Shown piece by piece: positions 34,762-44,757 of a stretch of 60,887 nt of DNA. Source of the DNA: a virus (lineage: Duplodnaviria; Caudoviricetes); the IMG/VR virus record IMGVR_UViG_3300042476_000233, positions 1 through 60,887 of that record; one strand, given 5' to 3'. The translations under genes were made by a program, and so were the position numbers. The notes below the pieces were generated by a model. The model saw only the letters and a list, made by a program, of their open reading frames with translations, had not been told where the DNA came from and made no database searches. Position 1 is the first letter of the stretch, and each line of letters starts with the position of its first letter.

Positions 34762-35023
34762 AGATTACGGGCGCTACATGGAGGCGGAGGTCGCCAACAT
34801 GGAGCCGGAGAAGAAGGAGGCGCTGATCCACGCCATCAAGACGCTGTTCCGCGCCTTCTCGGAAGACAACACGCAAGGCGTGCTCATACTGCTTGAGAAG
34901 GGCGAGTGCATGACGACGATGGGGCTGAACGCCTCATACGACGAGTCGGTGCGCATAGTCAACACGGCGCTCAACGTCTTCATCGAGGACGCGATCACGA
35001 CTGAGACAGAAACAAAACACTAA
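34751..35023 (+). CDS. hypothetical protein
   Basis: AGGAG RBS. Confidence 0.7.
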   Translation: MNNEDYGRYMEAEVANMEPEKKEALIHAIKTLFRAFSEDNTQGVLILLEKGECMTTMGLNASYDESVRIVNTALNVFIEDAITTETETKH

Positions 35024-35031
35024 GGAGAAGC

Positions 35032-37008
35032 ATGAGCCTACCTTTCACGCGAGTGATCGCGCTTGACTTTGAGACTGCCTGGGACAGGAAGGAATACACC
35101 CTGTCCAAGATGACCACCGAGGAGTACGTCCGCGACCCGCGCTTCAAGGCTTGGGGGTTGTGCTGGAAAGAGGTGGGGGAAGAAGGTGCTGCCGTCTGGG
35201 TGCGCGGCAAGGACATCCAGGCGTGGGCCGATGGAATAAATTGGAACGAGACGGCAGTCCTGGCACACAACGCCCAGTTCGACGTGACGATCCTGTCCTG
35301 GCGCTTCGGGGTTCAACCCGCCTTCATCTTCGACACGCTCAGCATGGCCCGCGCGCTGCGCGGCATCGAGGTGGGTAATAGTCTGGCTACGCTTGCTGCC
35401 GAGTTTGAACTCCCACCCAAGGGTCAGGCGGTGCACAGCACGGACGGGATGTTGGAGTCCATCTCCTTCGAGGTGGAGCAGGAACTGGCTGACTACTGCA
35501 AGCACGACGTGGCGTTGTGCGAAGCGATCTTTGATCGCTTGATGCCCGGGTTCCCGCCCAAGGAACTGCGCCTCATCGACATCACGCTCAAGATGTACAC
35601 GAGGCCGCTGCTGGAACTCGACCGGGGGATGCTGAAAGCGGCCATCGTAGAAGAAAGGGAAGCCCGTGAAGGACTGCTACAGAGGCTCGGCGTGGATGAG
35701 GCTGCGCTTGCTTCAAACGACCAGTTTGCTGCGCTCCTCGAACAAATCGGAGTTCCTCCGCCGATCAAAACCAGCAAGACCACGGGGCTTGAAACGTACG
35801 CGCTTGCGAAAAATGACGCCCTCTTTCAGGCGCTGCTCAACAGCGACAACGAAGACGTGATGCTGCTGTGCCAAGCAAGGCTGAAGGTCAAGTCCACCAG
35901 TGAGCGCACGCGTGCACAACGCTTCCTCGACATCGCGCACCGTGGCCGGTTGCCGGTCCCGCTGAGTTACTTCGGCGCAGGCACCGGGCGGTGGACGGCG
36001 AGCAAGGGGTCGGCCATCAACATGCAGAACCTCAAGCGTGGCAGCTTCCTGCGCAACGCCATCATGGCCCCGCAGGGTAGTCTTTTAGTTGCAGGGGACT
36101 TGGCGCAGATCGAGCCACGTGTGCTCGGCGTGCTGTCGGACAACGACGCGCTGTTGGATATTTTTAGATCAGGGAGTGATGCCTACGCCCAGTTCGGCGC
36201 ACAGATGTTCGGCATCCCGGGCCTGACCAAGGACACGCACCCCGTGGAGCGGCAAGCAGCCAAGAGCGCGCTGATCGGGGCGGGCTATCAGTTGGGCTGG
36301 GCGTCGTTCGCCGCGCAGCTTCTGGTGGGGTTCCTGGGCGCCAAGCCGCTGCGCTACACCAAGGAGGACGCCAAGGTTCTGGGCGTCACGGGCGAGGATG
36401 TCAGGCGCTTCCTAGAGTGGGACGAGAACCTCAAGAAGCTGGAGGCCATCCCGCACACCTGCTCTACCCTGGAGTTGGCCATCCACTGCCTAGCGGCCAA
36501 GGCCATTATCGACAAGTACCGCGCCGCCTCGCAGCCCGTGGTGGAGTTCTGGAACCTGTGCCAGGAACTGATCGAGTACAGCCTGTACCGGGGCAAGGAA
36601 TACAAGCACAAGTGCATCACGTTCCGCAAGGAACAAATCGTCTTGCCAAGTGGCATGGCGATGCGGTATCCTGATCTCCGCCAGGACAAGGACGAGGGTG
36701 GTCGATCCCAGTGGTCGTACGCTGACGGCAAGAAGCGCATCAAGCTGTACGCCGGGAAGATCACCAACAACATTGTTCAAGGCACGGCGCGCTGCGTCAT
36801 GACAGACGGGATGCTAAGGGTTGCGAAGAAGTACCCTTTGGTAGGCACGGTGCATGACGAATTGATCGCCGTGATACCGGAAGGAGACGAAGATTACGCT
36901 AAGACTTGGGTCTTGGCGCAGATGACTATGGAGCCGCCATATTTACCGGGCATCCCGCTTGATGCGGGGGTCGGTGTTCACAAGCGGTATGGAATGACCA
37001 AAGACTAA
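35032..37008 (+). CDS. polA: family A DNA polymerase with 3'-5' exonuclease domain
   Basis: ExoI LDFET, ExoII AHNAQFD, motif A DLAQIEPR, motif B RQAAKSALIGAGY, motif C VHDE. Confidence 0.93.
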   Translation: MSLPFTRVIALDFETAWDRKEYTLSKMTTEEYVRDPRFKAWGLCWKEVGEEGAAVWVRGKDIQAWADGINWNETAVLAHNAQFDVTILSWRFGVQPAFIFDTLSMARALRGIEVGNSLATLAAEFELPPKGQAVHSTDGMLESISFEVEQELADYCKHDVALCEAIFDRLMPGFPPKELRLIDITLKMYTRPLLELDRGMLKAAIVEEREAREGLLQRLGVDEAALASNDQFAALLEQIGVPPPIKTSKTTGLETYALAKNDALFQALLNSDNEDVMLLCQARLKVKSTSERTRAQRFLDIAHRGRLPVPLSYFGAGTGRWTASKGSAINMQNLKRGSFLRNAIMAPQGSLLVAGDLAQIEPRVLGVLSDNDALLDIFRSGSDAYAQFGAQMFGIPGLTKDTHPVERQAAKSALIGAGYQLGWASFAAQLLVGFLGAKPLRYTKEDAKVLGVTGEDVRRFLEWDENLKKLEAIPHTCSTLELAIHCLAAKAIIDKYRAASQPVVEFWNLCQELIEYSLYRGKEYKHKCITFRKEQIVLPSGMAMRYPDLRQDKDEGGRSQWSYADGKKRIKLYAGKITNNIVQGTARCVMTDGMLRVAKKYPLVGTVHDELIAVIPEGDEDYAKTWVLAQMTMEPPYLPGIPLDAGVGVHKRYGMTKD

Positions 37009-37022
37009 ACAAAGGAGAAAGC

Positions 37023-37328
37023 ATGCCAAACATCCCCGTCCGCATCCGCGTAGGTAAGCAAATGTATTCCGTTGACGTAGTCGAGTCCATGCGCCGCAAG
37101 GCGACGATGGGCCGCACCTACTACGACCTGGGTCGCATCGAGATCGGCGCCAGCAGCAACCTCACAGGGCGCAAGTTCACGGACGCTGAGATCGACGACA
37201 CCTTCTGGCACGAGGTCACACACGCCATCCTCTACGACATGGGTCACCGCCTGCACGACAACGAGCACTTCGTCACCGAGTTCTCAGGGCGCCTTGCCAA
37301 GGCCATCAAGTCAGCCAAATTCAAATGA
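37023..37328 (+). CDS. HExxH metallopeptidase-like protein
   Basis: TFWHEVTHAIL. Confidence 0.7.
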   Translation: MPNIPVRIRVGKQMYSVDVVESMRRKATMGRTYYDLGRIEIGASSNLTGRKFTDAEIDDTFWHEVTHAILYDMGHRLHDNEHFVTEFSGRLAKAIKSAKFK

Positions 37329-37996
37329 GCGAAACAAACATCACGTGGAGCCACAGCGGCCTGAAGGACTTCGAGGGTTGCGCTCGGCGCTACCACGAGG
37401 TCAAGGTTCTCAAGAACTACCCGTTCCAAGAGACGACGCACACCATCTACGGCAAGGATGTGCACAAGGCCATCGAGGACTACGGCAAGGACGGCACGCC
37501 CATTCCCGAGAAGTACGCGCAGTTCAAGCCGGTGGTGGACGCGGTGTTGAACAAGCCGGGGAGGAAGTTGTTCGAGCACGAGATGGGTGTCACGCGTGAC
37601 CTGCAGCCTTGCGGCTTCAACGATCCCAACCGTTGGGTACGCGGCATCGCCGACCTGCTGATCATTGACGACGACAACCTGTCGGCCAAGGTGGTTGACT
37701 GGAAGACGGGCAACAACAAGTACCCCGACCGGGATCAACTGATCCTCATGTCCCTCATGGTGTTCACGCACTTCCCCCACATCAGGCAAGTGAAGTCGGC
37801 GCTTTTCTTCCTGGTCAAGGAGTCGATGACCACCCACGCCATGCTGCGCGGTGAGGCCGAGGAAGCATGGTGGCGCTACCGTGAGCGTGTGGCCAAGCTC
37901 GAAGCAGCGCACGCCACGGACGTGTGGAACCCATCACAGTCCCCTCTGTGCGGATGGTGCCCCGTGGCCACCTGCACGTTCAACCCCAAGCACTAG
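37325..37996 (+). CDS. Cas4-like PD-(D/E)XK exonuclease
   Basis: WSHS..FEGC, RGIADL, VVDWKTG, QLILM, LCGWCPVATC. Confidence 0.85.
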   Translation: MSETNITWSHSGLKDFEGCARRYHEVKVLKNYPFQETTHTIYGKDVHKAIEDYGKDGTPIPEKYAQFKPVVDAVLNKPGRKLFEHEMGVTRDLQPCGFNDPNRWVRGIADLLIIDDDNLSAKVVDWKTGNNKYPDRDQLILMSLMVFTHFPHIRQVKSALFFLVKESMTTHAMLRGEAEEAWWRYRERVAKLEAAHATDVWNPSQSPLCGWCPVATCTFNPKH

Positions 37997-38005
37997 GAGC
38001 CAAGC

Positions 38006-38236
38006 ATGGCCACGCGTGACTACAAGAAGGAATACGCCGAGTACCACGGCAAGCCCGAACAGATCGCCAACCGAGCCGAGCGCGTCAAGGCGCGGCGCGT
38101 GATGGAGAAGACGGGTGCAGCCAAGAAGGGTGACGGCAAGGACGTAGATCACATCAGACCGCTCAGCAAGGGCGGCACCTCCGCGAAGACCAACCTGCGC
38201 ATGCGCAGCGTCAAGGCCAATCGCGGGGACAAGTAA
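38006..38236 (+). CDS. small HNH endonuclease-like protein
   Basis: DVDHIRPLSKGG...NLR...NR. Confidence 0.8.
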   Translation: MATRDYKKEYAEYHGKPEQIANRAERVKARRVMEKTGAAKKGDGKDVDHIRPLSKGGTSAKTNLRMRSVKANRGDK

Positions 38237-38250
38237 CAACAGGAGAAAGC

Positions 38251-39819
38251 ATGGAAGTCGTTGAGAACCGGTTGCTCGTCTTCAAGACGCGCAACCCGGA
38301 TAAGTATTCCCTCATCCCCAAGAGCAAGGCGCTGCCCCGTGAAGGTGGCGGCTACGACGTAGCCGTGTACTGGGGCCTGGATGAAGCGCGTGTGCTGCGC
38401 AACCTGGGGGTGAAGAACGTACCGTCTCCCATCTACGGGCGCTACGAGTGGCCCGGGCGCTACACGCCGATGTCCCACCAGAAGGAGACTGCCTCCTTCC
38501 TCACGCTGCACCGCCGTGCGTTCGTCTTCAACGATCCCGGTACGGGCAAGACGCTGTCTGCCCTGTGGGCGGCTGACTACCTGATGAAGCGTGGCGACGT
38601 TAGGAGGGTTTTGATTTTGTGTCCGCTGTCGATCATGCACAGCGCCTGGATGCAGGACTTGGGTAACAGCGTCATCCACCGCAGCGCGGTGGTGGCGCAC
38701 CATGCCCAGGCCGCACGGCGGATTGAACTGATCCAAGAGAACTACGAGTTCGTCATCATCAACTACGAGGGCCTGAGCCTGATTGCGAACGAAGTTCGCG
38801 CTGATGGGCGTTTTGATTTAGTTATTGTTGATGAGGCCAACGCCTACAAAAACCCGCAGACCAAGCGGTGGAAGGCGCTGAACTCCATCATCAAGCCCGA
38901 CACCTACCTGTGGATGATGACCGGCACGCCTGCTTCGCAGAGTCCTGTGGACGCCTACGGTCTGGCCAAGCTGGTCAACCCCAACGGGGTGCCCAAGTTC
39001 TACACCGCTTGGCGCGATGCCGTGATGAACAAGATCACGATGTTCAAGTGGGCGCCCAAGCTCGACGCTGCCGACAAGGTGTTCGAGGCGCTGCAGCCTG
39101 CCATCCGCTACAGCAAGGCGCAGTGCCTTGACCTGCCGCCCGTGGTGACGATGACCCGCGAGGTGCCGCTCACGCCGCAGCAGGCCAAGTACTACAACCT
39201 GCTCAAGACCCAGATGCTGGTCATGGCCGCAGGCGAGACGATCACGGCAGTCAACGCTGCCGCTGCGTTAAATAAACTCCTGCAAATCTCAGCAGGCGTG
39301 GCCTACACCGACAACAAGGAGGTGGTTGAGTTCGACGCTACCCCGCGCCTGAACGTCCTGATGGAAGCACTCGAACAAACGGACAGGAAGGTGATCATCT
39401 TCGCCCTGTTCCGCTCCGCCATCGACGCCATCAGCGAGTACCTCAACAAAAACGGGATCGCCAACGAACAGATTCACGGCGGCGTGACAGCCACCAAGCG
39501 CGGCGACATCATCAAGCGTTTCCAGACGCAGCCCAACCCGAGGGTGCTCGTCATGCAACCTGCGGCTACAGCGCACGGCATCACGCTGACCGCTGCCGAC
39601 ACGGTTATTTTTTACGGGCCGCTCATGAGCGTGGAGCAGTACACCCAGTGCATCGCACGGGCTGACCGCAAGGGACAGAACGCCGACAAGGTGACCGTCA
39701 TCCACATCGAGGGCTCGCCCGTGGAGAAGAAGATGTTCAAGGCGCTCACCGCCAAGGTGGACGACAACGCACTGCTCGTTGACCTGTTCAACAGCGAAAT
39801 TCAAGAAAGGGGGTTGTAA
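38251..39819 (+). CDS. SNF2-family helicase
   Basis: DPGTGKT, IVDEA, MTGTP, GITLT, QCIARADRKGQ. Confidence 0.9.
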   Translation: MEVVENRLLVFKTRNPDKYSLIPKSKALPREGGGYDVAVYWGLDEARVLRNLGVKNVPSPIYGRYEWPGRYTPMSHQKETASFLTLHRRAFVFNDPGTGKTLSALWAADYLMKRGDVRRVLILCPLSIMHSAWMQDLGNSVIHRSAVVAHHAQAARRIELIQENYEFVIINYEGLSLIANEVRADGRFDLVIVDEANAYKNPQTKRWKALNSIIKPDTYLWMMTGTPASQSPVDAYGLAKLVNPNGVPKFYTAWRDAVMNKITMFKWAPKLDAADKVFEALQPAIRYSKAQCLDLPPVVTMTREVPLTPQQAKYYNLLKTQMLVMAAGETITAVNAAAALNKLLQISAGVAYTDNKEVVEFDATPRLNVLMEALEQTDRKVIIFALFRSAIDAISEYLNKNGIANEQIHGGVTATKRGDIIKRFQTQPNPRVLVMQPAATAHGITLTAADTVIFYGPLMSVEQYTQCIARADRKGQNADKVTVIHIEGSPVEKKMFKALTAKVDDNALLVDLFNSEIQERGL

Positions 39820-39841
39820 TCGACTCTGGACACTGTATACT
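39814..39841 (+). promoter_or_regulatory. sigma70-like promoter
   Basis: TTGTAA-16 nt-TATACT upstream of the SSB operon. Confidence 0.55.
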
Positions 39842-39868
39842 CTTAGACACAAAGATAAGGAGAAAGCA

Positions 39869-40258
39869 ATGACCGAAGAAACCATCCCGATGGACAAGCT
39901 CGTGCGCATGTACACCAAGATGCGCACGGCTATCCAAGACCTCGACAAGCAGATCGAGAACATCAAGGAGCAGCAGCAAGAGGTGAAGAACGCCATGAAG
40001 GATCAGATGATGGCGCTCGGTACCAAGTCTGTTCGCACCGACTTCGGCACGATCACGCTCAAGGAGAAGACCCGGTACTACACCCAGGACTGGGACAGCT
40101 TCAAGAAGTTTGTGATCGAGCACGACGCTGTCGATCTGCTTGAGAAGCGCATCGCGCAAACCAACATGCAGACGTTCTTGGAAGAGAACCCCAGCCTGCA
40201 TCCCCCTGGACTCAGCAACACTGCCGAGTTCGATATCGCTGTTACCAAGCCTCGTTAA
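39869..40258 (+). CDS. coiled-coil replication-module protein
   Basis: SVRTDFGTI...DWDSF...LLEKRI...PPGL. Confidence 0.75.
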   Translation: MTEETIPMDKLVRMYTKMRTAIQDLDKQIENIKEQQQEVKNAMKDQMMALGTKSVRTDFGTITLKEKTRYYTQDWDSFKKFVIEHDAVDLLEKRIAQTNMQTFLEENPSLHPPGLSNTAEFDIAVTKPR

Positions 40259-40270
40259 GGAGAAAGCACT

Positions 40271-41179
40271 ATGAGCAACATCGCTCTTTTTTCTGGTTCA
40301 AATGTTCCCGCCTTCGCCAAGAAAGGCGAACTGTCCGACCTCGCCAAGTCCCTCGCAGGTGGCGTTGGTGGTGGCGGCGGCAAGCGGGTGTCGATCAAAG
40401 GCGGCGTCTTCCGTCTACTCGTAGGTGGCAAGGAGGTCGCTGCAATTGATGAACGCTATCTGGACGTGGTTGTCGTCAACGCTGCCCCCAAGATCGGTCG
40501 TACCTTCTACGCCAAGGCGTACGACGGTGAGACGCTCTCTGGCCCGGACTGCTGGTCTGCGGATGGCGAGACGCCTAGCCCCGAGTCTGCGAACAAGCAG
40601 TCGGATCGCTGCGCGACCTGCCCCCAGAACGTCAAGGGCTCCGGTATGGGCGAGTCTCGTGCCTGCCGGTTTAGTCAGCGCCTCGCTGTTGTTCTTGCTA
40701 ATGATATTGACGGCGATGTGATGCAGCTTCAACTGCCCGCCACGTCGATCTTCGGCAAGGAGGAAGGCGACAAGCGCCCGCTGCAAGCCTACGCTCGCTA
40801 CCTCGCCGCCCAAGGCGTGAGCCCCGAGACGTTGGTCACCCGCATGCAGTTCGACACCAAGGCCGAGGCGCCCAAGCTCTTCTTCAAGCCGATGCGTTGG
40901 CTGACCGAGGAGGAGTACGAAAGCTCCGTGCGCCAGGGCCAGACCGAAGACGCCAAGCGCGCCGTTACCATGACGGTAGCAAAGACGGACAAGGTCGCGG
41001 CTCCCCTGGCCCTGGAGGGCACCAAGCCCAAGGCCAAGGCTGCACCCAAGGCTGAAGAGCCTGCAGCCGAGGAGGAAGAGAACGCCCCGCCGACCAAGCG
41101 CAAGAGCAAGTCGGAAGAACCCGCAACCGCAGGCAAGCCAAATCTGGCTAAGCTCGCGGCTCAGTGGGACGATGAGTAA
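40271..41179 (+). CDS. single-stranded DNA-binding protein (putative)
   Basis: RVSIKGGVF, PDCWS..G, CATCPQNVKGS, ACRFSQRLAV; acidic tail ending WDDE. Confidence 0.7.
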   Translation: MSNIALFSGSNVPAFAKKGELSDLAKSLAGGVGGGGGKRVSIKGGVFRLLVGGKEVAAIDERYLDVVVVNAAPKIGRTFYAKAYDGETLSGPDCWSADGETPSPESANKQSDRCATCPQNVKGSGMGESRACRFSQRLAVVLANDIDGDVMQLQLPATSIFGKEEGDKRPLQAYARYLAAQGVSPETLVTRMQFDTKAEAPKLFFKPMRWLTEEEYESSVRQGQTEDAKRAVTMTVAKTDKVAAPLALEGTKPKAKAAPKAEEPAAEEEENAPPTKRKSKSEEPATAGKPNLAKLAAQWDDE

Positions 41180-41185
41180 TCAACC

Positions 41186-41201
41186 GGGGGCTTCGGCCCC
41201 C
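41186..41201 (+). terminator. cUUCGg hairpin, possible terminator/processing site
   Basis: GGGGGC-TTCG-GCCCCC, also at 26570 and 27142. Confidence 0.5.
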
Positions 41202-41208
41202 TTCCACC

Positions 41209-41490
41209 ATGTCCTATTCAGTCAAGACTGTTAAGGCCGTAAAGGCATCACCCAAAACGCTCGGGAGTCAACTCGGGCGTTGGGCCGTACATTTGGACTT
41301 CTCGGTCATCCGCATCGCCCAGGTTACGGGCGCATCGCGTCAGACTGTATACAACTGGATCACTGGCAAGAACACCGTGCTCGCGCCTTATCGGCCTGCC
41401 GTTGAGCAACTGCTGGAGATTCTGATGAAGTCCAACGATAACGAACAAGCATGGAGCAAAGCATGTCAGGAATTCAGTATCAAAGCCTGA
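41209..41490 (+). CDS. Cro/XRE-like HTH regulator
   Basis: VIRIAQVTGASRQTVYNWITG. Confidence 0.8.
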   Translation: MSYSVKTVKAVKASPKTLGSQLGRWAVHLDFSVIRIAQVTGASRQTVYNWITGKNTVLAPYRPAVEQLLEILMKSNDNEQAWSKACQEFSIKA

Positions 41491-41660
41491 GCGACGACGA
41501 GTTCGCTCGGCAGATTCAATCCATCATCGACAAGGCGGGCGTGTTGCCGTCTGAAGCCATTGTGGAACTGGCCTACCGTGTGGACAACGGCGGGCGAGAC
41601 AAAGAGCACGAACGGGCGCGTACCAACCCCAACCAACTGCCGCTGCCCTTCAACGAATAA
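41463..41660 (+). CDS. small hypothetical protein
   Basis: GGAG RBS; ends NPNQLPLPF, a beta-clamp-binding-like QLxLF motif. Confidence 0.6.
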   Translation: MSGIQYQSLSDDEFARQIQSIIDKAGVLPSEAIVELAYRVDNGGRDKEHERARTNPNQLPLPFNE

Positions 41661-41672
41661 CTCGGGACATTC

Positions 41673-44552
41673 ATGGAACCGCTAGATTTCTTAGCGGCGG
41701 TTTTGCCGTCTCCGGGTCACGGGTATTACTGTGCGGCAGAACTCTCCTCACCCAAGAAACAGCACGTCTTCACCGAAGACTTGGCTGAGATACCCACACA
41801 CGCACGAAGCTGGCTTGAGGGGCAGCAGGATGTGTATTTCGCGCTTGCTACGTTTGCGGATCGGGGTAAGCGCACCGCCGACAACGCCGAGTACATCAAG
41901 TCCCTGTTCATCGACATGGACGGGTACGAGAGCCGCGAAGCGGCACAAAAGGCGCTAGATAATTTTCTTGCTGACACAGGGCTGGACGCCTATGGCAACC
42001 CGTGGATCGTCGCCTCTGGCGGCGGGCTGCACTGCTACTGGCCGTTCGACAAGCCCCTGACTGTGGCCCAGTGGAAGCCCATCGCGGAGGCGTTCAAGCG
42101 CCTGTGCAAGCAGCGCGAACTGGCCATCGACAACACGGTCACGGCGGACGCCGCCCGGGTGCTGCGCATCCCTGGCACCAAGAACTTCAAGAAGAAATAC
42201 GGCGAGCCCAGGCCGGTGGAAGTCCTGTCGCAAGGCGCGGCTGTCCTCGATGCTGACGAGTTCTTCGCCAAGCTCAGCAGCCTGTTGGGCACAGCCGTGC
42301 CTACCCCCGCACCCCTGCTTGAGCTTCCCGGCAAGCGCCCGATCAACGCCACCAAGACGGGCGTGCAGATGCTGGCCAACAGCGTCGTGCGTTTCGGCAC
42401 GATCATGAAGCGCACCAGTAGCGGGGACGGCTGCGCGCAGTTGGCCCACTACGTGGAGAACGCCGAGGACGACGGCATGGAGCCGCTGTGGCGCGGGCTG
42501 CTAAGTCAGGCCAAGTACTGCGCGGACGGGGACAAGGCGGCGATCATGCTCAGCCAACTGCACCCGTACGACGAAGACCGGATGCACGCCAAGCTGCGGG
42601 ATATTAAAGGCCCCTATCCCTGCATCAAGTTCGATAGCGAGAACCCAGGCGTTTGCCAGAACTGCAAGCACTTCGGCAAGATCACCAACCCCCTGGCCCT
42701 GGGCCGGGAGGTCATGGCCGACACGTCGGAGAAGGAACTGGAGATCACCCCGGCTGACCCGGACGATCCCGATGCGCCCACCATCAAGGTGGTACGACCT
42801 ACGCCCCCCAGGGGATACGCCTACGGGGTCAACGGCGGCGTGTACGTGGAGAAGATGGTCGAGGACGCGGACGGGAACAAGCGCAAGCAGCAGGTCATGA
42901 TCCTGCCCTACGACATGTTCGTGGTGGACATCCTGAACAAGGAGAACGAGCACACCGTCCACATGATCGCGCACCGCCCAGGCAAGCCTGCGGATGTCCT
43001 GTTCCCACAGAAAGCGTCGGTCAGCAAGGACGAGTTGATCAAGGCCCTGGCTGCGCAGAACATCATGGCCTCGTACGGGTCAGGCAACGACAAGAACCTG
43101 TTCGAGTACGTCCGGGCCTGCGTCGAGGAGGCCAGCGTCAACAAGAAGACCGTCAAGATTCCCGGCCAGTACGGATGGCAAGAGGACGGCACCTTCGTCT
43201 ACAGCGGCAAGATTTACCTGCCAGACGGCACCACCCGCACGGTGCCCATGCCCGACCTGCAGAACATCACCCGCATCACGCGCTCGGCGGGTAACCTGGA
43301 GAAATGGCGGCGCTTCCCTCAGATGCTGATCAAGCGGGAGTTGTACGACCTGTTGGCGATCTCGTGCATCTCCTTCGGCGCACCGCTCATGCGCTTTACC
43401 CAGATGCCCTGCCTGACGTTCCATGCAGGCTCAACCCAGTCGGGTACGGGTAAATCCTTGGCGCTGTCGCTGCTCAATTCGGTGTGGGGTCACCCGGTGC
43501 GATATCGCACAGGCAAAAGCACCTCCCCCGTTACGATGCAGCAGCGGATTGGCAATCTTAACTCACTCCCCTTCACATCGGACGAAATCACGCACAAGTC
43601 GCGTCACGACATGGAGTGGTTCCCGGGCATGGTGTTCGACCTGTCCGAGGGCCAGGGCAAGGAGAAGTCAGAGGTTCACCACAACCGCGAGCGCATCAAC
43701 CTCGTGTCGTGGGCAACCCTGGCGCTCTTCACGTCCAACACCCACATGCAGGACTACATGGCCGGTGTGCGAGCGCACACTTCTCAAGGCGAGTTGCTGC
43801 GGATGCTGGAGTGGACGCCCGAGGAGAAGCTGAACTGGACGCCCGAGGAAGAGCAGACCATCCGCGTCCTGCAGGAGAACTACGGTGTGGCTGGTGAAGC
43901 CTACGTGCGTTGGCTTGTGCAGAACCAAGAGACGGCTGAGCGCGTGACCCGGGAAACCATCGCCATGATCAAGCGCGATTGGCAGATGACTGGTGATGAG
44001 CGTTTCTGGGCTGGTGGCTGCGGCGCAATGATTGCCAGCGCCATCCTCGTCTCGTCCAAGTACGCAGGCATCATCGACCTGCCTGTCGCGGAGATCATCA
44101 AGAGTCTCAAGCGCATGGTAGACAAGGCCCGCCGCGTGGTGCGCAACGGCGTGCGCACGGCAGAGGATGTGCTCAACGCTTTCACCCGTGACAGCTACGG
44201 CCAGTTCGTCGTGATCAAGAAGAGCGACGGCAAGGTGTTGGCTGCACTGGGCAGCGGGGAGATCATCGACCAGACGATAACGCGCAACAAGGTCTTGGGG
44301 CGCGTGGAGCACGAGATCGAGGTAGCCGGGTACGTGGACTACTTCATCGAGGAGCAGGTCATCCGCTCACACTGCGTGGCGATGTCGTTCGGTTACGAGG
44401 ACTTCAAGAAGCAACTAGAGCAGATCGATGGCTACACTGTGTCGTACATGCGCAAGGACATGATGGCCCGCACCAGGGGGCCACAGATGCGCATCCGAGC
44501 CATGTGCATCAGGCGCAGGGTTGAGCGTGAAGCTGCCGTGGACGACGCTTGA
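41673..44552 (+). CDS. primase-helicase (AEP/RepB-like primase plus DUF927-type helicase)
   Basis: FIDMD, SGGGLHCYW, ARVLRIPGT, CQNC, Walker A SGTGKS. Confidence 0.85.
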   Translation: MEPLDFLAAVLPSPGHGYYCAAELSSPKKQHVFTEDLAEIPTHARSWLEGQQDVYFALATFADRGKRTADNAEYIKSLFIDMDGYESREAAQKALDNFLADTGLDAYGNPWIVASGGGLHCYWPFDKPLTVAQWKPIAEAFKRLCKQRELAIDNTVTADAARVLRIPGTKNFKKKYGEPRPVEVLSQGAAVLDADEFFAKLSSLLGTAVPTPAPLLELPGKRPINATKTGVQMLANSVVRFGTIMKRTSSGDGCAQLAHYVENAEDDGMEPLWRGLLSQAKYCADGDKAAIMLSQLHPYDEDRMHAKLRDIKGPYPCIKFDSENPGVCQNCKHFGKITNPLALGREVMADTSEKELEITPADPDDPDAPTIKVVRPTPPRGYAYGVNGGVYVEKMVEDADGNKRKQQVMILPYDMFVVDILNKENEHTVHMIAHRPGKPADVLFPQKASVSKDELIKALAAQNIMASYGSGNDKNLFEYVRACVEEASVNKKTVKIPGQYGWQEDGTFVYSGKIYLPDGTTRTVPMPDLQNITRITRSAGNLEKWRRFPQMLIKRELYDLLAISCISFGAPLMRFTQMPCLTFHAGSTQSGTGKSLALSLLNSVWGHPVRYRTGKSTSPVTMQQRIGNLNSLPFTSDEITHKSRHDMEWFPGMVFDLSEGQGKEKSEVHHNRERINLVSWATLALFTSNTHMQDYMAGVRAHTSQGELLRMLEWTPEEKLNWTPEEEQTIRVLQENYGVAGEAYVRWLVQNQETAERVTRETIAMIKRDWQMTGDERFWAGGCGAMIASAILVSSKYAGIIDLPVAEIIKSLKRMVDKARRVVRNGVRTAEDVLNAFTRDSYGQFVVIKKSDGKVLAALGSGEIIDQTITRNKVLGRVEHEIEVAGYVDYFIEEQVIRSHCVAMSFGYEDFKKQLEQIDGYTVSYMRKDMMARTRGPQMRIRAMCIRRRVEREAAVDDA

Positions 44553-44757
44553 GAAGGGGCAGGGGTTCTTCATCCCTGCCCTAGACCTCGACGCCACGCG
44601 TGAGGCGGGGCTAGTGGACGCTGTCAGGCAGCGGGTGGTGGACGCGCACGCTATGTACGCTATCCACCAGGGCATGCAGGGTGTGCTGTTTTACCGGCAC
44701 ACCAAGCACGTCACATCTCCCTCAACTTCGCGGCGTCCGAAGCATCCCGCACCATAG
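44521..44757 (+). CDS. small hypothetical protein
   Basis: LPWTTLEKGQGFFIPALD; last plus-strand gene before convergence; start uncertain. Confidence 0.55.
   Translation: MSVKLPWTTLEKGQGFFIPALDLDATREAGLVDAVRQRVVDAHAMYAIHQGMQGVLFYRHTKHVTSPSTSRRPKHPAP

Noticed and set aside
37325-37996. Cas4-like nuclease as part of the array system
   Set aside because: It is 5 kb away in the polymerase-helicase module, where solo Cas4-like exonucleases are routine in phages.
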